DNA of 63,968 nucleotides, the filler included, from Choristocarpus tenellus KU-1152 (Eukaryota > Protista > Phaeophyceae), in the NCBI GenBank assembly GCA_964200185.2. It is 11 parts of 11 records of this genome, joined end to end, with 100 filler letters (N's around TTAATTAATTAA, not from the genome) between each part and the next. Parts side by side here need not be neighbours in the genome. Positions count along the whole stretch, not along the records: positions 9,784 to 27,785 come from CAXNAD020000592.1; positions 27,886 to 32,637 come from CAXNAD020013193.1; positions 32,738 to 35,620 come from CAXNAD020023945.1; positions 35,721 to 38,907 come from CAXNAD020021681.1; positions 39,008 to 45,459 come from CAXNAD020008113.1; 6 more parts are not named here. One strand, given 5' to 3'. Below the pieces are notes generated by a model. It was not told the DNA's origin. It made no database searches and saw nothing but the letters and a program-made list of their open reading frames with translations. Position 1 is the first letter of the stretch. Every line of letters starts with the position of its first letter. Below are positions 26,761 to 39,559 of this stretch, piece by piece. The position numbers and the translations under genes are program-made.

Positions 26761-27307
26761 TTAACCAGTGATCTCATGCAGAATCTCATTCGCGTAGCTC
26801 ATGTCCCCATCACCTACTACCACAACATCATACGCTTGTGCATATCGTGGGAGCTTCTCGAGCATGTGCTCATCCAACTTCAGGAACCCCACAGTGATTC
26901 GCCCCTCTAGGGATGGCAGACCTTAATAAGGTAAGAGGGGTAAGAAAGCATGTGTGTGTGTGTGTGTGTTTGCGCAAAGAGTCAGCAGTGCTCCTCTTAA
27001 GGCCCATGAAAAGAGAGTCTCTGAAGGAACTCGGTAGTTGTGTTTCTAAAATACTACCGTACAAGGACCACCACATGCGATCAAAAGCACAAATGAGTAC
27101 ATATATTAGAGTCTGAAAGCACACCTGGTGAAAAAAGAAGATGCAATACCCACCACGGGCTACCGCCCCCGCCTCCTAACACACAAAAAAGGCCATCTCC
27201 TACAGGAAGGACAGAAATCTCCCACTCCAAAGACTCCAATTGATCGAGAATATGTAAAAAGAGCATCTACAGAAAAAAAAATAATGGGAAGGATACTTCA
27301 AAACAGG

Positions 27308-27355
<48 letters not shown>

Positions 27356-27579
27356 TTTGTTACAATCAATAATGCATTACTCAGGAAGTACACGTCACCA
27401 TTTGTCAGGCCAAGGTCAGAGAGTTCAGAACCGAGAAGGACCACATTGGACCGTGAGGCGAAGGTTGGGTCCAGTCGAGCGCCACGCAAGAACTCCATTA
27501 GGGTTGTACCCGTCTTCTTCGCCTCGTGTACCAAGGGAACCGTGTCGAACATGCCGATGATCGTCATTGTATCATCAGG
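26761..27579 (-). CDS. Cytosolic pyrimidine 5'-nucleotidase (NT5C3/UMPH-1 family, HAD)-like, last two exons 27579-27399 and 26921-26761
   Basis: ...VPLVHEAKK...RSNVVLLGSELSDLGLTNG|LPSLEGRITVGFLKLDEHMLEKLPRYAQAYDVVVVGDGDMSYANEILHEITG* matches the NT5C3 C-terminal pattern. Confidence 0.75.
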
Positions 27580-27939
27580 CTGATAGCAATGACCAAACAC
27601 CCACAAACACCCACATATGCATGTGTGCATGTTGATACATATATATTTGCAATTGTACAACACAAAACACAGTCGTGGGAAGACACCATTTTGAAGCAGG
27701 GAGGGGGAGAGAGAGAGGTAGGGGGACAAGGTCAGGGTGGTAGGAGGGGATAGGTTGAGGCACAAGAAAGGGAGCAAGCAGGGGGNNNNNNNNNNNNNNN
27801 NNNNNNNNNNNNNNNNNNNNNNNNNNNNNTTAATTAATTAANNNNNNNNNNNNNNNNNNNNNNNNNNNNNNNNNNNNNNNNNNNNAAGCCCCAAATGGAC
27901 AAACAGGGCAAAACTCATACCCTCTAAGATACTTTCACT

Positions 27940-29160
27940 CGTGAGAGAAGGTCCCTCTGTACATGTGCTTCATTAACCTGCAGAAGGCGTACTAGTATGA
28001 TTTTGGTGATCAAGACCTTTTATTGACAACACTGGCCAAATTTGGCGTGCCAGCAATTTTTTTTTATGCCCTTCAATTTCATGTCCGAGTGCAGGCTTGA
28101 GTCCAATGTGTAATGCTTAGACTGGATCAATGTTGAACAAGGCCTCCATGAAGGGTGTGTTCTCACCCTGTTGACGTCTATCTCTTCTTCACTGTGGTAC
28201 TTACGATTGTGCTGGAGAGGCTTAGCACTCACAAGGACATCTCTGAAATTTTTTTATCTTCATCAGGAGAGCTAAGAAGAAACAACAGTGCCTTTGGAAG
28301 GGGGGGAGGACGCCAACAGATGTCTCCACAGTTGCTGAAAATTGTCGTGGATGCTCTATGTTGATAATGCAGGCGTTGCACCAATGACTCCAGAGAGGTT
28401 AGCCAAAATGATGACCATCATCATCACAGTGTGGAATGCGTTTGGATTAACTCTATCAGAGAAGAAGACACAGACCATGCTCCTCTGGGTCCACAACAGG
28501 CCAACACTGGAAACACGGATCAAGACTGCGGAGGGCAACCATATCGATAGACAGCCAAGTTTTGTCTCTCTTGGAGGTTCAACCAGTGATTGTGTCCATA
28601 TCGCCCGACACTCAAATTAGTGTCCAAAAGACATGGGGGTGCTTCAAGAAGTACAGCAAATGAGTTATATGACCAAGCAGTAGGTGTAGCACTCGAGCTA
28701 AAGATTCAGATGTTCAAAGCCGAAATGCTTGGGACTGCTGTTTATGCATAGTGTGGACACTTAGAAAGGATCGTTACACCCAACTCTGTGCCCAACACTG
28801 CAAATTCCTACACTGCAGCGTTAGGTTCCACATAATTGAAACATAGAGACCACTGGATGCCGTGCTGAGAGTCCTTAAGAGAACCGGATTCAAGTTCATT
28901 GAAGCCAGCATCTGAAAAGAAAGCTGTCCTCATTGCAGGTTTAATGCTTGGAATAGATGATAATCCTTTGTCCAAGAACCTCATGATTGGAGAACTTAAT
29001 GCTCAGAAACCAAAGGAGGGAGAGAAAGGAGGTCCAGAGAAAAGTGGTGGTGATGCCTCCAAGATGACCTCAAGGTTCTTGACTTCACAGCTATCAGTGG
29101 GTTTCACTTGGAGAAGACTTTAACAGGTGGCACAGATGTCCGGAGGAAAGAACAATATAT
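27940..29160 (+). mobile_element. Degenerate LINE (RT and C-terminal region)
   Basis: LYMCFINLQKAY, EQGLHEGCV, WMLYVDNAG, AFGLTLSEKKTQTM, KIQMFKAE; multiple stops and frameshifts. Confidence 0.85.
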
Positions 29161-30312
29161 ACTTAATGGACACCTGGCATTCCACTGAGATCAAAGCAGT
29201 CACAGCCCATCACAAGAAAGTTGTCTTTGCTATGAAACATGTGTGATAGTTGCCCTTGGAGCTTCTCTTCTCTCCTCTTCTTCTTCTTTGGAGGGGAATG
29301 TGCCTGGGTTCCTTTGCCTAATGTAGGATGCTCTTCTTGGTGTTGATGGTAATAGGTTGTATCTAGGGGTTTTAACCAAGACGCTCCGAAGGTCATATGG
29401 ATAATAACTGTGCCCCTTCCGGAACCGATTATGATCCTCGATGCTGGAACTGATCCTTGGATTGTACTTTTCTTTCTCCTTATTTTCTTCTTATCTCTAT
29501 CAACTCGACTGATGGATCTGGCTTTTTTTTTGTAAATAGGTCCTATTTCTTCTTTGCGCTTTTTTGCAATTCCCTTTCTGACCACAGCTTTAAGTATGCT
29601 GTATGTTGTTTCCTTCTCCTTGAATCTGTCATTTTTTCTTTTTTTCGAGCATCACTCTAACATATTTCGAATTTATTTTGAAACCAACCATTCAACCAAT
29701 CAGTATCTCCCGAGCAATGCCTTGGAACCCAGAATTATCGTGTCACATCATTGGTCGCGGAATGTGCAAGGAATGATCGAAAACAACTTCTGCGGCAATA
29801 TTATTGAGTTACAATTATACACTTGTTCATTTGCATAAGATCTTATTACAATTGAAAGAACTGGGTGGCGGCATTTTCTTCCTCATTCAATGTCGGCAAC
29901 ATAGGTGGGGGGTTCCAGCACAATTCATCTCAGTTGTTGTGAGCTATTCGATATCTCAACTGTTCTCCTTGTTGTACTCAACAACCAATACTGCGAGCAA
30001 ATTGTTTAGGCGAAGCAGGGTGCTATGTTCTACCTTAGATGTGTATCTGAAAATGACATGGAGTTATCATCACTTTGAGGCATGATCTGAGTTCCTTGAT
30101 GAAGCGAAAAATATTGATGAAATGTTCTCTGTCCTGCCGTTCATAAATGAATTAAGTGCAATGGTGGTGGCCTGGAATTGCATGCAGACAGACAGTCCTC
30201 AAGCCATGAGTTGAATGTACACCCTCGCCCCTTCTACTCCTAATCACAACTTCAGCTACCTCCCCATTCCTCCACACTCCCACCCCCCACTCCCATGGCG
30301 CTATTTCCGTAC

Positions 30313-31657
30313 CTGATGACCATCGCACACAACACATCCGTACGAAGAGCGAAAGTGTCCACAGCTGCATGAACCGCATGAGCGCCGGAGTGGATGGTGC
30401 GCAATGTGGGAATGCCTACGTTTTATAAGTCACAAAATGTTCACAAAACAAAGTCAAACGGACAGTAGTGAAAATAGAGGGTTGAGAAGGAAGTATTTCA
30501 GTCTATCAAACTCTTTTGCTGGAGTGGGTGCATTCAATTCTATTTTGAATGGAATGGAGGTTGGGGGTGAGAGACCAAGGAACGTCTGATTACCTTGGTG
30601 TGATACTGGAGCAGCTTAGCTTACCCACAATTGCACTTTGCCCTCCATTCTCTAGCGTCAAATCCCTGCCGCCGTGGCAGCCACCATTCCCCGACTTCTT
30701 CAGGCCTGGAAGGAACGAAGTCGAATGCTCGACACTCGCATGCTGTGCACGAAGGTAGACTGCAGAGGGAGTATTGTCACAAGGGAAACTATTACGATTG
30801 AATGAGTTCCACGACAATGTCATTTTAAGTTTTGGGGGATAGAAAATGCAATTTATTCCTTATCATGGCAGGCTAGATACACCTACCTGATCTTTGTTTG
30901 TTTATGTAACTACAGCCCATGTCGGTAACCAACCAAGTTCTCACACTATCGCAACTCTAGGAAGATCCTCGTAGTTATGGCGATAACTTGCTTTCTTCCA
31001 AGTTGATGAAGAAGATATAGCAGATCTATACAGCATGTACCTCTATATTATGCAGGTTGTGGAATGATTGACATTCCATGAGTACTCACACTGAACCCTT
31101 GCGGAAGGCATGATCTGCATAGGAACAACCGCAAAAACACCGGCTCCTGGTTGCAGAGAAAAGAAATCGAATCAGAGAACTTGGTCACATTCTTGGAAAA
31201 GAGGAAATTCGTACTCGGAAACACTTGGCGTAGACCTCGGGTTCACTGGTATGTTTCACCAATTATCACTAATGATCCTCTCACGTATCTTACATTGGCC
31301 CTACTCGAGCACAGTCATTGTTCGTCTTTCTTGATCTCCAAGTGATGTACAGCCCAGTCTTGATCGCCTGCCATCAATAAAAGTGCTTGGTCCCCTTCCA
31401 CTGGACAGTAAAAAAATCGAGAAGAACTAGGAAGACATTCTGAGGGGCGATTGACCCTTTCCAGAGACACTTGGTATGGAGCATCAATCCTTGATGGATT
31501 CAGGCAGACTACGCTTTCACATAATCAAGAAGCGTTTTGGTATGGCAAAGACCTGTATGTCATAGGCTTTCCTCACATGAATAGCGGCAGCTTTCTCCTT
31601 TCGCATTATCAACCTGGCACTTCGAGCAACCGGGTGGGGCAGGGCTGGAGACGACAT
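30313..31657 (-). CDS. FAM221 (DUF4475)-like Cys/His-rich protein; exons 31657-31577, 31367-31294, 31146-31090, 30759-30625, 30415-30313; 3' end unresolved
   Basis: Spliced: AIKTGLYITWR...DCARVGPMSRCFCGCSYADH...CTACECRAFDFVPSRPEEVGEWWLPRRQGFDAREWRAKCNCGHSHIAH...CGSCSCGHFRSSYGCVVCD, the FAM221 signature. Absent from the ORF track because exons are short. Confidence 0.85.
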
Positions 31658-31877
31658 GAGGTATGGCTGGGTCTTCTAGTTTGTGGAGATTGTGGGTTGG
31701 TCTTGCCTCATCTCATTATCACAGTCACGTAAGAAATGAAACCGTTGTTGCGATTCGACATTTCTGTTATTGTTTCACCAGTCAGGAACTCACAATGTAT
31801 CCAGCTCACAACTAATCTTACTCTGTAGACGTATCAATTGCTAGGAGCTTGATCTCAATCACGAGAACTTTCAAAAT

Positions 31878-32488
31878 AGTGAGTGCCATGCAAAACTCTT
31901 TCCATCGCTAATGCACCCACGCAATCGTAAGGTGAACACGGGTAATGACCGAGCACTTACGATAGTGTCTCTCTTTCGTGTTGATCTACGTCGTCCAACA
32001 AAACAGTGCCCCCTAAGGGTAAGAAGAAGAAGAAGAAATCAAAGGCCGAGCTAGAAGCAGAACGACTTCAGGCGGAAGAAGATGAAAGGCGTGCCGAGAT
32101 AGTCCGAATGAGGAAAGAGGCAGAGAGGGTGAAGAGGGAAGCGAAAGAAGCAGAGAGACTGAAGGAAGAGCAGGTGAGGAGTCTTGGAGCAAAACGGTGG
32201 CCTGGAGACCATCGACAATTTGTTAAGGAATTATTCCAGATGCCTTGGGATGAAATTTTCGTCACCGTACAAGCTCTTGTGTACAATATATAGACAATTG
32301 TTGACAGGTGCGATCATGGCTACACCTGAGCAACGTATCAATATCAAGTCCATGGAATTTATCGCTGGGTGGCTTGGAGGTCGAAGATATGAATGCAATA
32401 ACCAATATTTTCCCTTGGTGTTCAGATTGCACACCGCACGGAAGAACTGGAACGACTCCGACAGGAGCTTCGGGACTCTGAGGTTGAG
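31878..32488 (+). CDS. Coiled-coil N-terminus resembling DNAI7/CASC1 (IC97) axonemal dynein subunit; coding A at 31878, exons 32007-32173, 32426-32488; truncated by contig end
   Basis: MPPKGKKKKKKSKAELEAERLQAEEDERRAE...EEQ|IAHRTEELERLRQEL. Exon structure is clear; family assignment rests on low-complexity similarity only. Confidence 0.5.
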
Positions 32489-34222
32489 GTGCGAGATGAC
32501 AAGCCTTAGCAATTCATTAAGGGGGGCACAGGCTTCTGTTGGCCATTTTTGACTGACAAATCTATGACGAATTGATCAACAATGCCTCCTTGATGGTGTC
32601 GGTCTGATACGCTCAGTGTGACCCAAAGTATCTGGGANNNNNNNNNNNNNNNNNNNNNNNNNNNNNNNNNNNNNNNNNNNNTTAATTAATTAANNNNNNN
32701 NNNNNNNNNNNNNNNNNNNNNNNNNNNNNNNNNNNNNGGGGAGGGCCACCGGGGATTTTATTTGCCCCCTTAACAATATACCCATTTCCCTCCAATATTT
32801 TTCCCCCCCCCCCGGGGGGGGGGGGGGGGGGGGGGGGGTCAGTGCCCACACGCCTGTTCAACAGCAAGACGAACACATGAAGGACGGTACAGAGCGACCT
32901 TGAAGCACCTCGTTCAGGTTCCAGTCAGGCGATAACAAAAGCAAGATGATGTAAGACATGCATCAGTCGAGGAGTGTATGGGTAGGGGATACAAAAGGAA
33001 TCCGGAAAAAAAACAGAATAATTTTGCTCTGCTATGTCAGAAAATTTCATTTTCGCCTTGGGTGATGGCGGAACCAAGAGACGCCAGTCTGTGCATGCCA
33101 GCGGTCTTGACTTCTCATGCAGGGGTAAGATAGCTCTCGTTCACCCTTTAGACATATATCCAGGCCATGGACAGTCACATGCTCGGGCCATGTCCTCAAC
33201 CCAACAACTGTTCATGACCCGGATCACACATCTTGAGGATAAAGGCAAGAGCTTCATTCCCCTGTAGTAGGACAAGTCAGGACTGCTTACGACCACAGGC
33301 TGGTATGTCTGGAATCCGCCATTTGTCCAAAGGAACGCTAAAAACTTTCCTTCAGAATTTTCTTCTTTTTTTTAAACACATTGATTGGCACTGAGCAAAA
33401 TTCCTGTAGGGGGTTGGTTGGTTGTCTTGTTCCAACATAAAAAAAATACAATTTTTCCTTTTTTTACCGAAAGGGTGCCTTCTCAAACAGTGAACTACTG
33501 GTGGGTTAAATAGTAGTGATCCAGACAGTAAAATTGTGACAATATTCACAATGGTAATCCTCCTACCAGTGCAGACCCATCAATAAATTTTAAAAATGCC
33601 TACTGTAGCATACTCATATGTAGAGGTGTATACTACAGTAGTATTTACAGGATTAGCCTAATTCAGCCCCCCTCAAACCACAAATTTTAGCTCTTTTTGA
33701 CTTCATCGTCAAGGGCACACAGCTATGAATACCTCTTACCCTAACCCTAAATGACGCCAGTAACTGTATATGTAATTGTAACTACTGCTATATATTTTTC
33801 CCTCTTTGCCATGTACTTTCAGTGGTGTCTGATGCATGTGTGTGTCTGCACACATTCTTGTTGATGGACTCCCTATCAGAAGAAAGTCACACAAGCAGTC
33901 AACTCTCCTGAACAGAGAACCACTCATCATCTGTCATCACATCTACAACTGTTTCCACCACAACATTAAAAAAAATAGATACGCCACAAAAAATAACAGA
34001 AAAAAATATACTATGTTACCCCTAACCCTAACCCTTTTCCCTCACATGTATTATCAATGCTTACAGCAAAAAATAACATATGCAAGACACGCCTGCGATA
34101 GTCACAAAGTATCAAGACCGTACCCACCACAAGAGCTAAGTGCATCCTTCATCTTATGCCCCCCTTCAACAGAATCAAATCAGTCAGAGTAACGCTTTTC
34201 TCTTTTAGTTACAAAATCTTAC

Positions 34223-34333
34223 CTGTAGAACCTGATTGTACCTCCGCCGGAAGTCCTTCTTCTCAGTCAGGGACCTCAAGGCGAAGTAGTATTTAGCATA
34301 CAGGCTGCTGGAGATCGACAGGTTCCACTGGAT
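34223..34333 (-). CDS. Isolated internal exon of an unidentified gene (IQWNLSISSSLYAKYYFALRSLTEKKDFRRRYNQVLQ)
   Basis: 111 nt, CAG acceptor and GTAAGA donor, open in only one frame, more GC-rich than its flanks. Confidence 0.55.
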
Positions 34334-34369
34334 CTGATTCAAGAACAGCATCTCCAAACTATTTATTTT

Positions 34370-34410
<41 letters not shown>

Positions 34411-34754
34411 TTTGTTATGTACATATATGTATATATATTGTATTTTATATTTAAAACACAAGAAAAAGATGCAAGCAGCATCAATACGCACACATGAAAC
34501 AAAAAAAATGATACCAACAAAAAAGGACAGGCAGCAAAGAGATTTGTGATAAGAGCTGATAGGCAGAGGGTCGGGGTAGAGTTAACAGGGAAAATGTAGG
34601 TGGCTTGCATTGAGGGTTGAGGGCAATGTTGGCATGTTAGCATCTGATGGTGTGTATATATGCATGTCTACCACTGACATCATGCATACAACCACTGTAG
34701 CGTTGACAATTTGTCACTCGCTTCTCCTTGCATCAACATATTAATGTTACCAAA

Positions 34755-35250
34755 AATAAGAATAATGATAATAGTAATAGTAATAGTAATAATAGTAGTA
34801 GTAGTAATAATAATAGTAATAATAATAGTAATAATAATAGTAATAATAGTAATAGTAACAACCATAAGGACAACAACAGCAACAACAATAATACTAATAC
34901 TAAAATTAAATAATAATAACAATAATAACACTAAAATTAAATACTAATAACAACAATAATAATAATATATAATAATAATAAAATTAAATGCTAGTAATAA
35001 CAGCAACAATAATAATACTTCTACAATTAAATACTATTAACAGCAATAATACTACTACTAAAATTAAGTACTAATAACAACAGCAATAATACTACTACTA
35101 AAATTAAATGCTAATAATAACGCTCAAAGTAAATATTATTGATAATAATAACAATAACAATAATAATAATTATTATGATAATAACAACAATAATAACAAT
35201 ATTAGCAACAACAACAACAACAATAATAATAAAAATAACATTATTATAAT
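34755..35250. repeat. Degenerate (AAT/AGT/AAC)n microsatellite field
   Basis: About 500 bp of trinucleotide runs with recurring CTAAAATTAAAT interruptions; it generates spurious poly-N/I/L ORFs. Confidence 0.95.
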
Positions 35251-38200
35251 CATCTTGCGACAAAGAGACATCTGTCGATATATTTCCATGCATGTCTCTT
35301 GTTCATTTCGATTCTCGCGTACATATCTAAAATAAAATAAAAAAAGTGTAAAAAACAACAAACAAAAAGTAAATGTCGCTCAGGGCAGTACTTCACATCA
35401 TGTGCGAACAACACAGAAAGATGGACGGCCTTCACAGATCACAGATTCTAAGACAGCAATAGCACCCAATAGCACCCTTTCCAATGCAACAAACATCAGA
35501 GGGATAACAAACAAAATAGATGGAACCGTATCTGCAAGAGTCAAGCTTGCACCCTTCCCTTCGATTCTCTCTCTCAACCAGGTTGATGACCCCATTCCTG
35601 CCCCTCCCCCTCCCCCTCCCNNNNNNNNNNNNNNNNNNNNNNNNNNNNNNNNNNNNNNNNNNNNTTAATTAATTAANNNNNNNNNNNNNNNNNNNNNNNN
35701 NNNNNNNNNNNNNNNNNNNNCATAAAAGGACCCATGGGAAGCCAAGCCCCAAACGGACAAACAGGGCAAAACTCGTACCTTCTAAGATACTTTCACTCCT
35801 AGGCTTTGCAGCTCTTTCTCGAAGTTTTCATGAGCAAACATTATCTTCTTCACTACTCTGCTTCTTGCGTGTGTGTTGCATGCTCCCTTTGGTGAGCATA
35901 TGGCTGCCCTCGACTGGACTGAATTATGCATTCCCCTCCACTGAGTATGATGTGGATGATCAGTTGTAATGTTGTACTGAGTGCTCCCACATATGTATGA
36001 CCTACTACTCAAATTTCACTTCTTATCATTGACCCCAGATAAAGGGTGCTCTGAGGATGTGCCTTCAAAGAGATCAAAATGTGCGAGTGTCTGCCAAGGA
36101 CCTTTACAACTTCATGTCCTCAAGCAACAGAGATAACAACGAAACTTTGTAATGACTATTGATCAGCAAGGCACTCCATTCAAGCCAAGATTGTGGGTTG
36201 GGGGAATGGCACAAATAAAACGAATGCAGCAATAGGGCAGCCTTTATCAGAAATGTGTCAAAGCTAATATTATGGAATGAATTAGTCATGCAATCTCCTC
36301 AACCCCCCTATTCTTAGTCTTTATTTCTGTTGCAACATGTTTGCAGTAAATGTACATGCTGCCCTACTAGATGGGCAAAATGGTTTTAGCACTTTGAAGT
36401 GTCTCTCCCATCACAAATATGTAGCACTTTTTACAAACATGTATCACTCACAAAAAAACAATCCCCCCTCTTGTTATAGCTCATTCTGTTATTATCCAAG
36501 GAAGTCCCTTTTGTTCTATTCTACATGGTTTGTTAGCAGGACTAAAATTGACCCAGTTTGGTGAGATGGAGCCCCCCAAACCCTCATCAGACACTGCCTT
36601 TGCTTGTAGTTCTTGTTCATAATATTTTCGAAGTACTTTGTAAAACAGATGAAAATATGATATCAATATGGTGCTTTAATTTCGATGCTTAGGTAAGATA
36701 GTGATAACCATAGGCGCCAAGTGATAATATCAGTGGTGACTTCAACTTGTTGATTAATATTAAGGCAATACTCATTACACTACACTGTGCAGTTGAATGT
36801 TGAATTTGAAGGCCACAGGGATAGCTAGAACTATTCCTCACGAAACTTGAGGCATGTATGTTGACAGATTCTCTGCGTGCTGAGTTCTTTTCCTATTTGT
36901 AGATACGACTGAGAACTGCAACTACACGATCTGTTTCATACGAAAAAAGACGGTTAATGGATATCCCATCATCATTCTCATAGAGCCTGTCTTGGGGTCC
37001 CTCCTCTCCAGGTCGAACTCCCTCTGCTTGACCATATGCCACTGTAACACTTCCAGTCTTTTCATCACCCCACCCCAGCCATGGTGGGTCATTTACATGA
37101 GCTTGTTCAAGACCGGGCCTTATTTGTCCCTGTGGTCCACCCATGGTGCCATCATTGTTTCTCCAACCTTCATGCTCAGCCCCTTTCTCATAGCTTGTGT
37201 GCTGGAAGTATTTTTTTTCTTGCTTTGACTCAAGGTCCTTTCCGGGGTTACTTCTGCTCCCGTTAGTCTCTCCAATGTGGTCATCCCATTGTTGTGTGCT
37301 GTTCAACACAATCTCTGAAGACACTTGATTCCACCTTCTTATCCCAGTAACATGCTCGTGGGTCGATGTGATGACATCCATAAAGCCCAGGTAATCAAGA
37401 ACTAACCAGCGTTCATCCTGTGGATGAAAAATATCATATCATCATTATGCAGGTGGAGACCACTATGGAGAGAGTAGTAGTGGGAGATATATTTGTATTG
37501 CACAAGGATCAGGAACTATTTTTCTTGGGAATTAAGCAGGGTTTGGATATAAAAAACGTTCTGCGTCTCCAGCTAGCCTGCAGAGGAGTTGGAAACAATA
37601 CAATACAATCACACACACATACATACAAGTAGTACGTTCCCCTGATCTTCCTTGAGTAAACACTGCTCTCAGTTGTGACCCACTCTCATACTTGCACATA
37701 CATAACGCCACATTAACGATTCTCAGACCTTCTCCTTGCGAATGACCTCTGCCCCATGCAATCCCAGTGTCATTGGGTCATATCTCCAAACCAAAGTTTT
37801 GAACGTGCTATACTTTCGAAACTGCCTGTGCAGCTGTCCCTCATTCTCCCACCAGAACACCTCGAATAATAAAGTGTTGTGGGAGGAGATATTTTGTCAA
37901 TGTGTGCCATCCTTCTTTCCCACTCTCAACTCTACTTGGAGGATTGGATGTGTATGAAAACGTGTTGCACAGGGAAATAATGCCTTGGAATCAAAACGTT
38001 GCGAAGAATATCCTCAATCTTGGGAAACAGTTACAGTTTCTATTTCGTGGTTAGAGGAGAGTTGACACTCACCATAGAGCTGTCTTGTAATGTCTAGGAG
38101 GTCCACGTCTGATTCAAATACAGTTTTTAACCAATCTTGAAGACAGTTCGGACAAGAAGCATTTCTTGCACAAGGGTGTGCAAACAAGGCACATACCAAG

Positions 38201-39559
38201 CTTGCAGCACTTCATCATACCAAGACTACTGCCAATTGTCTCAGTCCACAACACTTATCCCAATTGCACCTGACCGTAGAGATTGCAGATGACATGAAAT
38301 AGACCTTCCCTGAAAGTCATGCATCCATCCTCATCCTCGATAATGGCAGGATCGATCCTTGATGTTGTGGAACAATTTGTCCCTGAGGGCACTTAGCCGT
38401 TGGTTATGATATAGAGCATGAATTTGAATAGTTTTTCTCCTGCTACGGAGTATATAGTACTCTAAAAAATGCCAATAGAGCTGTATGAACTATTTTCTAA
38501 TACCTCTGAGAAGAGAATATCCAAGGTTCTGCATTGCATCTGGCATATCTTGACCATTTTTTCCTAACCGGCAGTTTGAATCTGTGTTGAGGTCTACTCT
38601 ACACCATGGTATGATATGTACCTATAATATGAGGAGAACACTTATCCTGATGCAATTTGAGCATGCACCTCAAGCAAGGCAATTAACAGTTAATTAGAAA
38701 GAAGTGGTCTCTGATATAGAAGCGTTGCTAATTGCTGATTAGTTCAAAACAGGGTTTGACTCAAAGTATCTGGGGGGGGTGGCGACTGTTCATTTGGGGT
38801 CAATTTTTTCATGTCGAGATTTTTGGGTGATTTGGTTGCATACGTCGGATGGATAACGCAAATGCACTTTTCCTGATTTTGGCCCAAACAGATACTCTGG
38901 TGTAGACNNNNNNNNNNNNNNNNNNNNNNNNNNNNNNNNNNNNNNNNNNNNTTAATTAATTAANNNNNNNNNNNNNNNNNNNNNNNNNNNNNNNNNNNNN
39001 NNNNNNNATAAAAAAATTGACCCCAAATGGACAGCTGCTACCCCCCCCCAGATACGTTGAACCACTGGGTGTCAAAGATATGAAATAAGTGTAGACTGTA
39101 ACAACCAAACAGCTGCATCTAGTGTCATTTTTCCATTATTCTTGCATGTGTACGGAATTCCTCCATGCAGTGAAGAGAGAATTGACAGTGATGGGACTGT
39201 TCTTCTGCGTGTACTCGATGATTCGATTTTTTACACGGAGAAATCAGTGTCCAGGATTTTGGTGTCTTCCACGCCCCCTCCCTGCACCATTACAAAGGGC
39301 ATGCTCTCATCATCATGTGTTTCCAAATCCTCAAGAGTATTTCTTACAATGATGGGAGGTATTTATTTGCCAATTAGAACAGAACCAGAGGTGCAGTGTA
39401 GCTACTGTAAACTACTTCTGCTACTGGTATGTCCCATGAGTTGTGATAAAAATATGAACACCAAGAGCAGCAATGTCTTACAATTGATGCAGAAATCCAC
39501 AGGCATAAGGCCAATAGTTTTTTATCCATCAATATTATTCCTGTGTGGCTCTGCTCCAG

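Noticed and set aside
33738-34035. CCCTAA telomere-like repeats (also 17746-17757)
   Set aside because: Only two units each and internal; not a chromosome end.
34680-35361. Poly-Asn/Ile/Leu ORFs
   Set aside because: Translations of an AAT microsatellite.
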